64,000 nucleotides of DNA from a virus (IMGVR_UViG_3300029906_000160), one strand, 5' to 3'. Positions 11,266-20,498 are shown, counted from the first letter of the stretch. Numbers and translations are program-made. Notes: generated by a model not told the origin, from the sequence alone.

Positions 11266-11831
11266 TTATTTTGTATATTTCTTTCGTTCTTTTCTTCCAT
11301 TACCTTTATTAGCACCTTTATACGTAGCAGTTAAAGAATGACAATTTGGACATAATAGTATTAAATTTTCTTCAGAATTATTTAAATAATTTCCATCTAT
11401 GTGTTCGACTTCTAATGGAATTTTATTAGTATATGGATTTGTTTCTCCTCACCCACATCTAGCACATTTATTATTATATTTTTTAAACAAATAACACTTT
11501 AAATAAGAACTAACTTGATACTCGCCTTTTAATCCTGTTTCTTTTCCCTCTTTTCAACGTTTTTCTCATTCCTTTTGTTCTCAATTTTGTTGACATTGGT
11601 GAGAACAAAATTTTAAGTGAGCTTTATGTAAATTCTGTCCACAATTAAGGCAAACGCCATAATCTTTTTCTTTTTGAGTTGTTAATAAAATATCTAATTT
11701 TATTGCTCATCTTTTTATAGTTCGTCAATTAACATTATATAGTCTTCCTATTTCTGCATAAGAAAGTTGTTGAACGTTAATTAAATTGTTTAATGTTTCT
11801 TTGTCAATCATTTTAAAAATCTACTGTAATA
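11266..11831 (-). CDS. HNH homing endonuclease with N-terminal HTH; 5 in-frame TGA read as Trp
   Basis: CARCGW..LEVEHIDGN..NLILLCPNCH; HTH LSYAEIGRLYNVNWRTIKRW; unreadable in the standard code. Confidence 0.75.
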
Positions 11832-12152
11832 ACCATTATACTAAAAAGGCAATAAATGTTACTAATACGTAGCCAACGGAGCATTTTATGGTTGCACAAC
11901 CTGGAGCAGAATACATAATTCCACACAGTACATGTTAAATAAGTATTATAAGTAACATAATGGCTTGCGGGAGTTGAAGGTAACGCTCCTCCGTACTCAC
12001 GTTAACAGCGTGAAGTTCTACTTTTGAACTAAACTCCCAACAATCTACTTTATCCTACATACGAAAAGTAGTAAAACGTATCTCCATACGATGAGATTCA
12101 TGAGCGACAGGGCTTCAAGATGCTACGATTCACTCGTCAGTGACTAATTATT

Positions 12153-12227
12153 GAGCGCCAGTGGGACTCGAACCCACGTAGAATGGCTTATGAGACCATG
12201 CTGGGACCATCTCCAGTCTACAGCGCT
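12153..12227 (-). tRNA. tRNA-Met/Ile2 (CAU)
   Basis: acceptor AGCGCUG/UGGCGCU; anticodon loop CUCAUAA; T-arm GUGGGUUCGAGUCCCAC. Confidence 0.6.
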
Positions 12228-12261
12228 ATATTGTATCGCATAAATGTTTATTTATAATATA

Positions 12262-12720
12262 TCAAAGAGTACCTTTACTCTTTATATTATATTTTTTCAT
12301 TAAATCTTTATAAGAAAGCCCAAGATGTTTATCGCTTCGAATTTGTTTTATTAATTCATTAGAATAAATTCTATTTGCTAACGCAGATTTCTTTATTCTT
12401 ACTTTTTCTGGAATATCAAACATATTATCAGAATTAGTTCCAATTTCAATATTTTCCTCTTTATTGTTTAAAGAATTTCCATCTAAATGTCTAATAACCA
12501 TATCTTTTTCATAAATCTTTTCTTTAAACTTTTTATATGCTTGAAATCTATGATGATATACCTTAATATTCTTTCCATTTAACTTAAAAGAAAAATATAA
12601 ATAAGGTTGTTTTCCTCTAGTTCCAACAATGTTGCCTTTTGGACTTGTAACAATTCCATCTTTAGAAATTACATAACCTTTATTTCAAGCTAATTCTTCA
12701 TAATGATTATAATTTACCAT
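12262..12720 (-). CDS. HNH (HNH_3-type) endonuclease; 1 internal TGA read as Trp; annotated stop is itself TGA
   Basis: YHHRF..VIRHLDGNSLNNKEENIEIGTNSDN; track ORF 12262-12501 extends upstream through a TGA to an ATG at 12720. Confidence 0.65.
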
Positions 12721-12741
12721 TTTTGTTATATTTTTATATTG

Positions 12742-12900
12742 TGACTCCTGTGGGACTTGAACCCGACGACCCCATCATTAATTTCAGACAAGTCTGGATA
12801 GTTGGGCACGATCCAACGACCTCCAGTTCCCAAAACTGGCGTTCTACCAACTGAACTACATCCAGAAAGTGATGTGCTCTACCAACTGAGCTAAGGAGTC
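12742..12900 (-). tRNA. tRNA-Lys (UUU)-like gene interrupted in its anticodon loop by about 85 nt that contain a complete tRNA-Pro
   Basis: 5' half GACUCCU-UA-GCUCAGUUGGUAGAGC-A-CAUCA-CUUU; 3' half UAA-UGAUG-..UUCAAGU..-AGGAGUC-A; perfect 7-bp acceptor and 5-bp anticodon stems between the halves. Confidence 0.5.
12793..12865 (-). tRNA. tRNA-Pro (UGG), nested inside the tRNA-Lys-like gene
   Basis: C1:G72 acceptor CUGGAUG/UAUCCAG; D-arm GUUCAGUUGGUAGAAC; anticodon arm CCAGU-UUUGGGA-ACUGG; T-stem GUUGG/CCAAC; 73 nt. Confidence 0.65.
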
Positions 12901-13009
12901 GCTCTTAAGATACTTATTTTAAACCTAACTTATCAATTAATGTAAATATAAACTTGTAAGTATCTTATTTTATGTTAATCTTCAGTATTATAAATTTCTC
13001 TAGTTACTT

Positions 13010-13081
13010 TATTGATGTTGGAATCGAACCAACGAACTCTGCGTGACTCGCAAATGTTAAAACCACTTAACTAATCAATTG
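13010..13081 (-). tRNA. tRNA-like, anticodon region GUC (Asp?) with non-canonical position 33
   Basis: D-arm UAGUUAAGUGGUUUUAAC; T-arm GUUGGUUCGAUUCCAAC; acceptor mismatch at 1:72. Confidence 0.45.
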
Positions 13082-13143
13082 ATTTTATAAGTAACTTAAA
13101 CTAAACCTATAAGTTTGAGTAAATTCAGGGACTTATAGGTACA

Positions 13144-13485
13144 CTAAATTTTTTCAATTATAATTTTAATATTTCCCCAACTTTTTGGAATCACATCTTT
13201 AAATTGAGATTCCCAAAGTAAAGATTGATTTGTAAAATAATAATTACCATAAATAGAAGAAATATAATGTTTTATTTGACTTATTTGCTTTTCAAATTCT
13301 TTATATTTTTTATTCTTCTTACTTATCTGGCATTGAGCTAATTCTAGATTATATATTTCTTCTAAACGAGGTTTGATATCATTTATATAATCAGAATATT
13401 CGATTAAATATTTATATTGAGATACTGTATATTTAAGTTTAGTATCATGAACATAAGTAATTTTATATTTACCTAAAGTTTTCAT
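13144..13485 (-). CDS. hypothetical protein
   Basis: ORF track. Confidence 0.45.
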   Translation of the reverse strand: MKTLGKYKITYVHDTKLKYTVSQYKYLIEYSDYINDIKPRLEEIYNLELAQCQISKKNKKYKEFEKQISQIKHYISSIYGNYYFTNQSLLWESQFKDVIPKSWGNIKIIIEKI

Positions 13486-13501
13486 ATTTAAATAAATTTA
13501 G

Positions 13502-13575
13502 TACTCGGTGGGAGATTCGAACTCACCGTGAAGGGAATGAAAATCCCTCATACTAACCAACTATATGAACCGAGC
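13502..13575 (-). tRNA. tRNA-Glu (UUC)
   Basis: anticodon arm AGGGA-UUUUCAU-UCCCU; T-loop UUCGAAU; acceptor GCUCGGU/ACCGAGU. Confidence 0.55.
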
Positions 13576-13576
13576 A

Positions 13577-13612
13577 AAAAAGAGGAGAGCTAGAACCCTC
13601 CTCGAACTAACA
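13577..13612 (-). terminator. putative rho-independent terminator (minus strand)
   Basis: minus-strand GAGGAG-(10 nt loop)-CUCCUC followed by UUUUUU. Confidence 0.4.
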
Positions 13613-13918
13613 AAGAAATGTTAGCGATTCGAAATGCTACTTATTTCAACGAGCTAATTTAAAAGATTAGAGTTTTAAAATGTTATTATAAGTAGCATAA
13701 TATAATTTTTTTTAAATTTAACCTTTTAATGTAACCTCTTTATTAATTGGATCTCATACAACAAATCAAAGATTTGTTTTTAGTTAACCATCCACTAACA
13801 TAATTAACTGCTCCTGCATGAGTTGAATCTATTGATAATTTTATTCTGTCTTCTATACTGCTCGTCCAGTCACAGTTATGAGAAATGGATTACTAACCGT
13901 AGCTCCATGAAAGTCATA

Positions 13919-14365
13919 TCAAGTACCAGCAGTCATCTGAATAGCACTAGCTGGTCTATCGTCCTGAAGTCTACCTGACATGCTATATGCGAATGAGGTA
14001 TTTATTGGTACTGTTCCTGTCACTCGTGTTATCTTAATCCCACTGATTGCTTTAGTCTCATGCCTATAGTCAAGATCAGGAGATCCATTAACCATATAAT
14101 TAACTGGATTAGTAGTAGATATCTGATATTGTACTTGCATTTGTCCATCATATCCTATTAATCCTTGGAATAGAATATAGCAGTAAATCCTTGCTGCTAT
14201 ATCAGCCTCCTGTACTAACTGATTATTACTATAAGTACCCTTTATAGTAAATTCACTAGCATTTTTAATATCTTGATACGTAGGACATTGAGAGTAAGTA
14301 TTAGGATAAGTTACCTTATATCCGAAATTATCATATAAATACTGATAAGTTGCAATTTTACCCAT
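13919..14365 (-). CDS. hypothetical protein
   Basis: ORF track. Confidence 0.45.
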   Translation of the reverse strand: MGKIATYQYLYDNFGYKVTYPNTYSQCPTYQDIKNASEFTIKGTYSNNQLVQEADIAARIYCYILFQGLIGYDGQMQVQYQISTTNPVNYMVNGSPDLDYRHETKAISGIKITRVTGTVPINTSFAYSMSGRLQDDRPASAIQMTAGT

Positions 14366-14510
14366 GATACACCTCCTCCCTTTCCTTAATTTGAGATTGA
14401 TTAAACTTTGTAAACATAATGATAATTAATTTAATTGTCAAACAATAATTGCTATTACTAGTTTACCGATTTCCTCATTATGTCAAGCAATTACGATAAA
14501 ACTATAATAG

Positions 14511-14585
14511 ATTGAACTCACAGTAGGATTCGAACCTACATCTTCCTATAATAATATAGGTGTTCTGTCATTAAACTACATGAGT
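14511..14585 (-). tRNA. tRNA-like element (T-arm UAGGUUCGAAUCCUA); identity unresolved (6-nt anticodon loop by hand)
   Basis: acceptor ACUCAUG/UGUGAGU with G:U pairs; canonical T-arm. Confidence 0.4.
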
Positions 14586-14690
14586 TAGTAAATTTCTAGT
14601 TACTAAATTATAGCAGAGTATTTAGTTATAGGATAATTCAGGAATAGTAGTATATAAGTTACTTACTTCTTGATTAGTTCTATTATCTAA

Positions 14691-15350
14691 TTATTTAATT
14701 AATACTTCATCGATTAAACCATAAGATTTTGCTTCTTCTGCATTAAACCAACAATCTCTATCTGCATTCTCTACAATTTGAGAATATATAATTCCTGTGT
14801 TCTTAGAAAGTATTTCATATAGAGTTTGTTTGTATTGTTTAATTTCTTCGTAAGCAATTTTTATATCTGATTCTTGAGTTCCTGGAGCAATTCCACCCAT
14901 AGGTTGATGAATCATTATCTTACTATGTGGTAATGCGAATCGTTTACCTTTAGTTCCACTAGATAATAAAACTGCTCCCATAGATGCTGCTAATCCAATT
15001 GCATAAGTTTCTACATTTGGAGATATATACTGCATCATATCATAAATAGCAAGTCCATCAACTATCGAACCTCCAGGACTATTTATAAATAATTTAATCT
15101 CAGTTTTATCATCCATTGTATTTAAATACAACAACTGAGAAGTAATAATATTAGCAACATCTGCGTCAATGTCTGTTCCAAGAAAGATAATTCTATCAGC
15201 CATCAATCTTGAAAATATATCCATAGTTGCTACATTATTTCGTCTTTCTTCTACAATAGTTGGACTTATAATATCATTAGTAAACTTTTGATAATCCCAC
15301 ATTTTATGAGATCCTACTCGCGAACTCAGAAACTTTTCGTAATCTTTCAT
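14691..15350 (-). CDS. clpP: ATP-dependent Clp protease proteolytic subunit ClpP
   Basis: catalytic-Ser region GLAASMGAVLL, His region MIHQPMGG; 219 aa; no TGA. Confidence 0.9.
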   Translation of the reverse strand: MKDYEKFLSSRVGSHKMWDYQKFTNDIISPTIVEERRNNVATMDIFSRLMADRIIFLGTDIDADVANIITSQLLYLNTMDDKTEIKLFINSPGGSIVDGLAIYDMMQYISPNVETYAIGLAASMGAVLLSSGTKGKRFALPHSKIMIHQPMGGIAPGTQESDIKIAYEEIKQYKQTLYEILSKNTGIIYSQIVENADRDCWFNAEEAKSYGLIDEVLIK

Positions 15351-15693
15351 TATATAAATATATTATTTTATCTTTTTTAACATCATAATATTCTGCATCA
15401 ACAGGATTGTAATGTCCCCAACATATAGTTACATCTGGAAACAAAGAATTAAATTCATTAAGTTCTTTACCTATAAATTCTTTAAATCCTGTATTATTTG
15501 CATGAATTTCATCAACATGAATTACAAACAAATTAATATCTAACTTATCGTAATAACATCTAAGTTTTATATCACGATATTTATTTGTAATTCTATTACA
15601 CAAATTCTTTATAGAAAATTCTAAAATTCTTCTAGCTTGAATTTCAGCCCAATCACGTATTTTATTTATTATTTTAAATATAAATTTTAGCAT
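15304..15693 (-). CDS. hypothetical protein
   Basis: ORF track; promoter-like motif 35 nt upstream. Confidence 0.45.
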   Translation of the reverse strand: MLKFIFKIINKIRDWAEIQARRILEFSIKNLCNRITNKYRDIKLRCYYDKLDINLFVIHVDEIHANNTGFKEFIGKELNEFNSLFPDVTICWGHYNPVDAEYYDVKKDKIIYLYNERLRKVSEFASRIS

Positions 15694-15744
15694 ATTTATA
15701 ATGATACTATTTGACTGAAGACTTATTAAATATTGTAAGTATCA

Positions 15745-16954
15745 GTCGTATATTTTATTTTATAAGCTTAATGTTATAATATTCACAGAGAGAATTTAAA
15801 ACATTTCTTTTAATGTTAAATATTTCAAATAGTTTCTGTTTTGTCTTATATTTACTTCAAGCTTCTAATAAGTCTTCTTTAGAAACTATAGGATTTCCAT
15901 TTTCATCTAATATAGACCTCAATTTTAATCATTTAGCGTTACATTCGCGAGAACAACAAACACTTTTTCTATCTTGAGGTTTATATTCTTTCCCACAAAC
16001 GATACAAATTCGTTTTGGAACAGGTTGTTTATTATTTAAACCTAACTCTGTTTTAGTAGATGGAAGATTATATTGTCTACATCATCTTCTAACAGTATTA
16101 TCTGTAACTCCAAATTGTTTAGCGATATTACGAAAACTTCTAGTTTGAATTGCTTCTTTTAATCATTCTTTTGTCGGATATTCTAAATTTGCGTTTTCAT
16201 TATTCTTTAATCTAGATTTTTGTAAAGTATCTAATCTAGATTTTGTACTACATTCTTTAGAACAAAAATCAGATGTACCAGAAAACTCTTTACCACAATA
16301 CTTACATTTCTTAATTTTGTGTTTTACTATAAGCTGATTTTCTTTCTTTATATTTTTACCACAATAATTATCTGTTATTGCATGACAATTTGGACACAAT
16401 AGTTGTAAATTTTCAATTCTATTATCAGTATTAATTCCATTAATATGATGGACTTCTAATGGAATTTGTTGTCCTTCTCATTCTGTTTTATTACATTTTT
16501 CACATTTTCATTCTTTTAATCCAAATTCCACTAATCTAATTTTTAATTTAGATTTTTGATAATCTGAATTTTCTTTAAATATATCTTCTTTAGTATATTT
16601 CTTTCTAACTTTTTCTTTTGTATTATCTATACAAAAATGAGAAGTATCAATATTATATTTTTCTATAATTTTGTTAATACGAGAATAATTTGTATTTGTC
16701 GCTCTAATTCCTAAATTTTTACAAACATCGTTTATATTCTTACATTTTGGAATTAAATCAACAATAATTTGTTCATATTCTTGTTTAGCTTTTTCTCGTT
16801 CGATTATCTTTTCTCTATCTTTTTGTCATTTAGTACCAAGATAATAAGCTACTAATGATTTTGTAGAATTACATTTTGATGCAATTTGAGTATAACTTAA
16901 TCCTTGATTATGTAATTCTTTAAATAATTTATATTTTTCTTCAGCTTCAGTCAT
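15745..16954 (-). CDS. HNH homing endonuclease with multiple HTH domains (about 402 aa); 7 in-frame TGA read as Trp
   Basis: LEVHHINGINTDNRIENLQLLCPNCH; C-terminal HTH ..NTVRRWCRQYNL with W=TGA; track shows only a 78-aa fragment (16163-16399). Confidence 0.75.
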
Positions 16955-17013
16955 TTTATAAAGAAAAATTAAAAATTAATAAAATCTTTTATATTTTAAT
17001 CTAAACAATATTC

Positions 17014-17088
17014 GTAGATCTGGCTGGGCACGATCCAGCAACCTTCTGAGTCAAAGTCAGATGTTCTAAACCAATTGAACTACAGATC
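17014..17088 (-). tRNA. tRNA-Gln (UUG)
   Basis: acceptor AGAUCUG/CAGAUCU; anticodon arm UCUGA-CUUUGAC-UCAGA; T-arm GCUGG-AUCGUGC-CCAGC. Confidence 0.65.
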
Positions 17089-17240
17089 TATTACCATATT
17101 TTTAGTTTGATTTGAATTCCAAACTAAAAATATTATTAAAAATGAAACTTAATTAATTTTGTAAAGTACAACCAAAGAACTAAGAAATTATTAATTATAT
17201 TATATTGTAAGTTTCATTTTATATATTTCAACGTTACTAT

Positions 17241-17313
17241 TACATGATATTGGAATCGAACCAATTACATTTTGTGCCTTAAGCAAATGCTCTACCTAAT
17301 GAGCTAATCATAT
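17241..17313 (-). tRNA. tRNA-like (anticodon loop region UUAAGGC; Leu?)
   Basis: acceptor AUAUGAU/AUCAUGU; canonical D-arm UAGCUCAUUAGGUAGAGCA; T-arm UUGGUUCGAUUCCAA. Confidence 0.5.
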
Positions 17314-17345
17314 TAGTTTTATAAGTAACGTATATTATCAATTAA

Positions 17346-17465
17346 AATGCTACTATTGTACGTGCTCTAACCATCTGAGCTATACGCAAAATGCGCAACC
17401 GGACTTGAACCGATGACCACGAGATTACGAATCTAAAACTTTGATTTTGTAAGTAGCAATTATTT
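17346..17465 (-). other. tRNA-derived modules in non-canonical order (T-arm AUCGGUUCAAGUCCGGU upstream of D-arm UAGCUCAGAUGGUUAGAGCA)
   Basis: hand alignment; no complete cloverleaf. Confidence 0.35.
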
Positions 17466-17800
17466 TATTCTGCCTTAATTATCTTTTTATCTTCATCAAG
17501 TTTATAGGGAGCTTTTTCCTCTTTATTAAATGTAGAAGCTGTTTCCATAAACTGATCAAGAAAATAACTTTTTAAATATCCGAAATGTGGATGAGCTTTA
17601 TATTTATTACAAAGCCAAGAGTAAACATTATCGTAATTTTGATTTACAGATCTTTTAAGTTTTCTATCTATTATGCGATAATCCTTATTCAGATCTTTAT
17701 CAACAGGAGCAACATTATAATATTCTGTAAAGTCTTTAGCCTCCTGCTTATGAGAATCTCGCATTGATTCTCTCATCGGCATATTATCAAAATCCTGCAT
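17465..17800 (-). CDS. hypothetical protein
   Basis: ORF track. Confidence 0.45.
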   Translation of the reverse strand: MQDFDNMPMRESMRDSHKQEAKDFTEYYNVAPVDKDLNKDYRIIDRKLKRSVNQNYDNVYSWLCNKYKAHPHFGYLKSYFLDQFMETASTFNKEEKAPYKLDEDKKIIKAE

Positions 17801-17884
17801 AATTAAATAAAATTAAAATGTTACTTTATAATAAAACTTGCCCGCAACAAGTCACGTAAACCATTCCGTCTTTCCAGAACATAT

Positions 17885-18235
17885 TCTAGAAGTTGGATTC
17901 GAACCAACAATTATTTAATAGTTTTATAAGTAACATAATTAATAAAAGTCTATTGACACTTTATACGTTGCTCTACTAATGAGCTTTATTGATAATTCAA
18001 TAAAAGGATTTGCACCTTTAACCTACGGGTTACAAGCCAGATTTTGTTTTATAAGTGTCAAATTATAAGTCTAATGATACATTTATACTTATGCTCTACC
18101 ACTGAGCTAATTAATCAATTTTTTGGCGATTAATACTGGATTTGAACCAGTTACCTTAAGTTCCCCACAATAGTTTTATATGTATCATATTTGGGAGTTA
18201 AAAGATATTCGAAATCTTTCCTTTTCAGTCACAGT
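17885..18235 (-). other. array of tRNA modules (3 canonical D-arms, 4 T-arms) interleaved with promoter-like motifs; order and acceptor complementarity suggest permuted or fragmented tRNA genes
   Basis: minus strand: T-arm(ACUGG-UUCAAAU-CCAGU)+AUUAAUC..GAUUAAU+D-arm(UAGCUCAGUGGUAGAGC); repeated pattern. Confidence 0.35.
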
Positions 18236-18291
18236 GAAATATGCTAGCCAATTACACCATTAACTCCATCTGCAAATATATAACAAAAATT

Positions 18292-18630
18292 TTATTCTTC
18301 CAAATTATTTTCAAAATTTATTTTTCCAACACAACTAACAAAAGTTGTATGAAATTTATCATCTTGAAAAATATAATAATTGTCCAAATAAGAATACGCA
18401 ACACCAACAAGTGTTTGAAGTCGTCCTTCTATTTTAGATTTTTCTCCAAAATGTTTTGCTGCTTCTTTTAGACATTCTGGAAATTCTTCTCCATCTAACA
18501 TTGTATCATATAATACAATATTTGGATCATAAACAGATATTTCTTCTCCTTCATCAAAAGGATTATAAAGAGAAGAGGGTCTATTTCTAAACCACTCTTC
18601 TCTTCGTAATATGTATTCAGGATCTCTCAT
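18292..18630 (-). CDS. hypothetical protein
   Basis: ORF track. Confidence 0.45.
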   Translation of the reverse strand: MRDPEYILRREEWFRNRPSSLYNPFDEGEEISVYDPNIVLYDTMLDGEEFPECLKEAAKHFGEKSKIEGRLQTLVGVAYSYLDNYYIFQDDKFHTTFVSCVGKINFENNLEE

Positions 18631-20498
18631 TATAGAACATTCTGTCTTACAAGGTCATAGCGATTTGATCTATAGAGACTCTGAAGTGGAGTATATACAT
18701 CAAATATATCCATATCCTTGAAGTTAGTAAGAATCTGCTCGATCTGCTCTGGATTACCTGGAACATACATAAAATTGTCTATTCCAGAAAACCTATTCAT
18801 ATCTACTCGATTCCATTTATCTATAACAATAGCGATGATAAATGGCTTATATCCGAAATACTTCTCACAACGGCGCATAAAATCATTCATACAAGCCTCT
18901 GGTGATCCCATTGATGTATTAAAGTCACCATCCGATATGATAGTCCATACAGGATAGTTCCTAAGAGCATCTAAAAGATCTGGATTGACCTCTGCCATAT
19001 TATGAAATCCTTCTGGAATTGCTGAAACATCAGTCCAACCTCCTCTATACTTGCATTCCATGAAATTAGCAATATTCAGATAATTATCATAGAAACTCTT
19101 TGTTGGATCTACAAATGCATGAGGAGCACAAGAGACATAACCATTATTTCTACGAGCAAAAATCTGATTTGGAGCAGTATTACGAGCCTTTACATCAATA
19201 TACTGATACAAGACTGAATCTGCACCAAACAATCCAAGCATATTTCGACCAGTATCATCTGGATTCTTAACAAGACATACAGAAGCCATAAACTTAGCAA
19301 AGTTAAATGGAGCGCCTTGCATAGAACCAGAATCATCAACAATTACGAGACTATTATATGGCAAATTTACTTTACCTACAAAAGACTCCAACTTCAGTTT
19401 ATCTACATTTCCATTTAATATGTCCTGATAGATAGACTTAAATGTTGATGCACCAGTAGTTACTTTAGCTTGCTTTTTAACTTCCTTAAGCTTTTCGAGA
19501 TCTTCAGTTGTGGCTTCTCCCTGTCTTACTTTCTCCTCAAGAACTCTCTGTTGAGCCTGAGCTTCCTCTTTCTGAGATTCCCACTCTGCATACCACTGAC
19601 GAAGATTAGGCCACTTAAACGTTCCATTCTCTTCGGGGAACTGTACTCTATTTCTAATTCTAAAACGGGCTCCTGCAGGCTGCTTATTAAGCCATTCAAT
19701 GAATTCATCGTGAGTGAATTCATTTATCTTACCTGTTGCAAAGAGTACAGCTTCATTTTCGCCATTATAATCCTTTCTCCACGATCTATAACCTCGAAAG
19801 TCAGAATAATTACCTTTATAGATGTAATCCCAACCCATCAAATCGCTTAATTCCTTCAAGAACTCAGCTTTAGCTTTCATGGCTCTAAGAGTTTCTGGGA
19901 GCATCTTCTGATGTTTAGATCTCTTACCAAGTCTCGGAAGTGTGAGGAACTTTGCAATAAGCTGCTTATTAAATGGATTGGAACCATTAATCACTTTATA
20001 GAAATACTCAGCAAGAATAGTTCTATAAGTTGGATTAGAGAGCATTGTATAAGTCTCAAGAACAGTTCCAGCTCTGTTTGTCTTTACTCTATTACGAAGC
20101 AGAGTATCAAAACAGTTATACTCATTAAACAGACCTGCAAACAAAAACTTCTTAAACTGTTCAAGATTCTTAGAAAGCAGCCAGTTAACAAATATAAAGA
20201 AGCTCTCACGACTTGACATTCCTCCAGAGTCAATCTTCTTTTTACCAAAGATATTATGCTGTCTATTGGTCACATCACCTATAGAAAAACAAAGAGAATA
20301 GAACATCTTTACTTTTTCTGGATCTTTAGATACTTCACGCCATGCTGCGTCAAGCTGATTTGTAGTTATATGATCATTATCCTGAAAAAGCTCAAGACAC
20401 TTCTTACATCCATAAAACGGATTCTCGTTTTTCTTATTAAATTCTACTTGTACCATAACTAAATTAAATTCAGTCTTTTTAAATATTCTTTTTCGCAT
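18630..20498 (-). CDS. von Willebrand factor A (vWA) domain protein, 622 aa
   Basis: MIDAS motif LVIVDDSGSMQG; about 12 Trp all TGG; no TGA. Confidence 0.65.
   Translation of the reverse strand: MRKRIFKKTEFNLVMVQVEFNKKNENPFYGCKKCLELFQDNDHITTNQLDAAWREVSKDPEKVKMFYSLCFSIGDVTNRQHNIFGKKKIDSGGMSSRESFFIFVNWLLSKNLEQFKKFLFAGLFNEYNCFDTLLRNRVKTNRAGTVLETYTMLSNPTYRTILAEYFYKVINGSNPFNKQLIAKFLTLPRLGKRSKHQKMLPETLRAMKAKAEFLKELSDLMGWDYIYKGNYSDFRGYRSWRKDYNGENEAVLFATGKINEFTHDEFIEWLNKQPAGARFRIRNRVQFPEENGTFKWPNLRQWYAEWESQKEEAQAQQRVLEEKVRQGEATTEDLEKLKEVKKQAKVTTGASTFKSIYQDILNGNVDKLKLESFVGKVNLPYNSLVIVDDSGSMQGAPFNFAKFMASVCLVKNPDDTGRNMLGLFGADSVLYQYIDVKARNTAPNQIFARRNNGYVSCAPHAFVDPTKSFYDNYLNIANFMECKYRGGWTDVSAIPEGFHNMAEVNPDLLDALRNYPVWTIISDGDFNTSMGSPEACMNDFMRRCEKYFGYKPFIIAIVIDKWNRVDMNRFSGIDNFMYVPGNPEQIEQILTNFKDMDIFDVYTPLQSLYRSNRYDLVRQNVL

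Noticed and set aside
11102-11341. Plus-strand ORF 11102-11341
   Set aside because: It overlaps tRNA-Gly and tRNA-Thr on the opposite strand and the end of the HNH gene. It is a chance ORF.
12726-12900. Two independent, partly degenerate tRNAs instead of a nested tRNA
   Set aside because: The flanking halves have perfectly complementary 7-bp acceptor and 5-bp anticodon stems and together make a complete tRNA-Lys. Coincidence is unlikely, but this is kept as the alternative to test.
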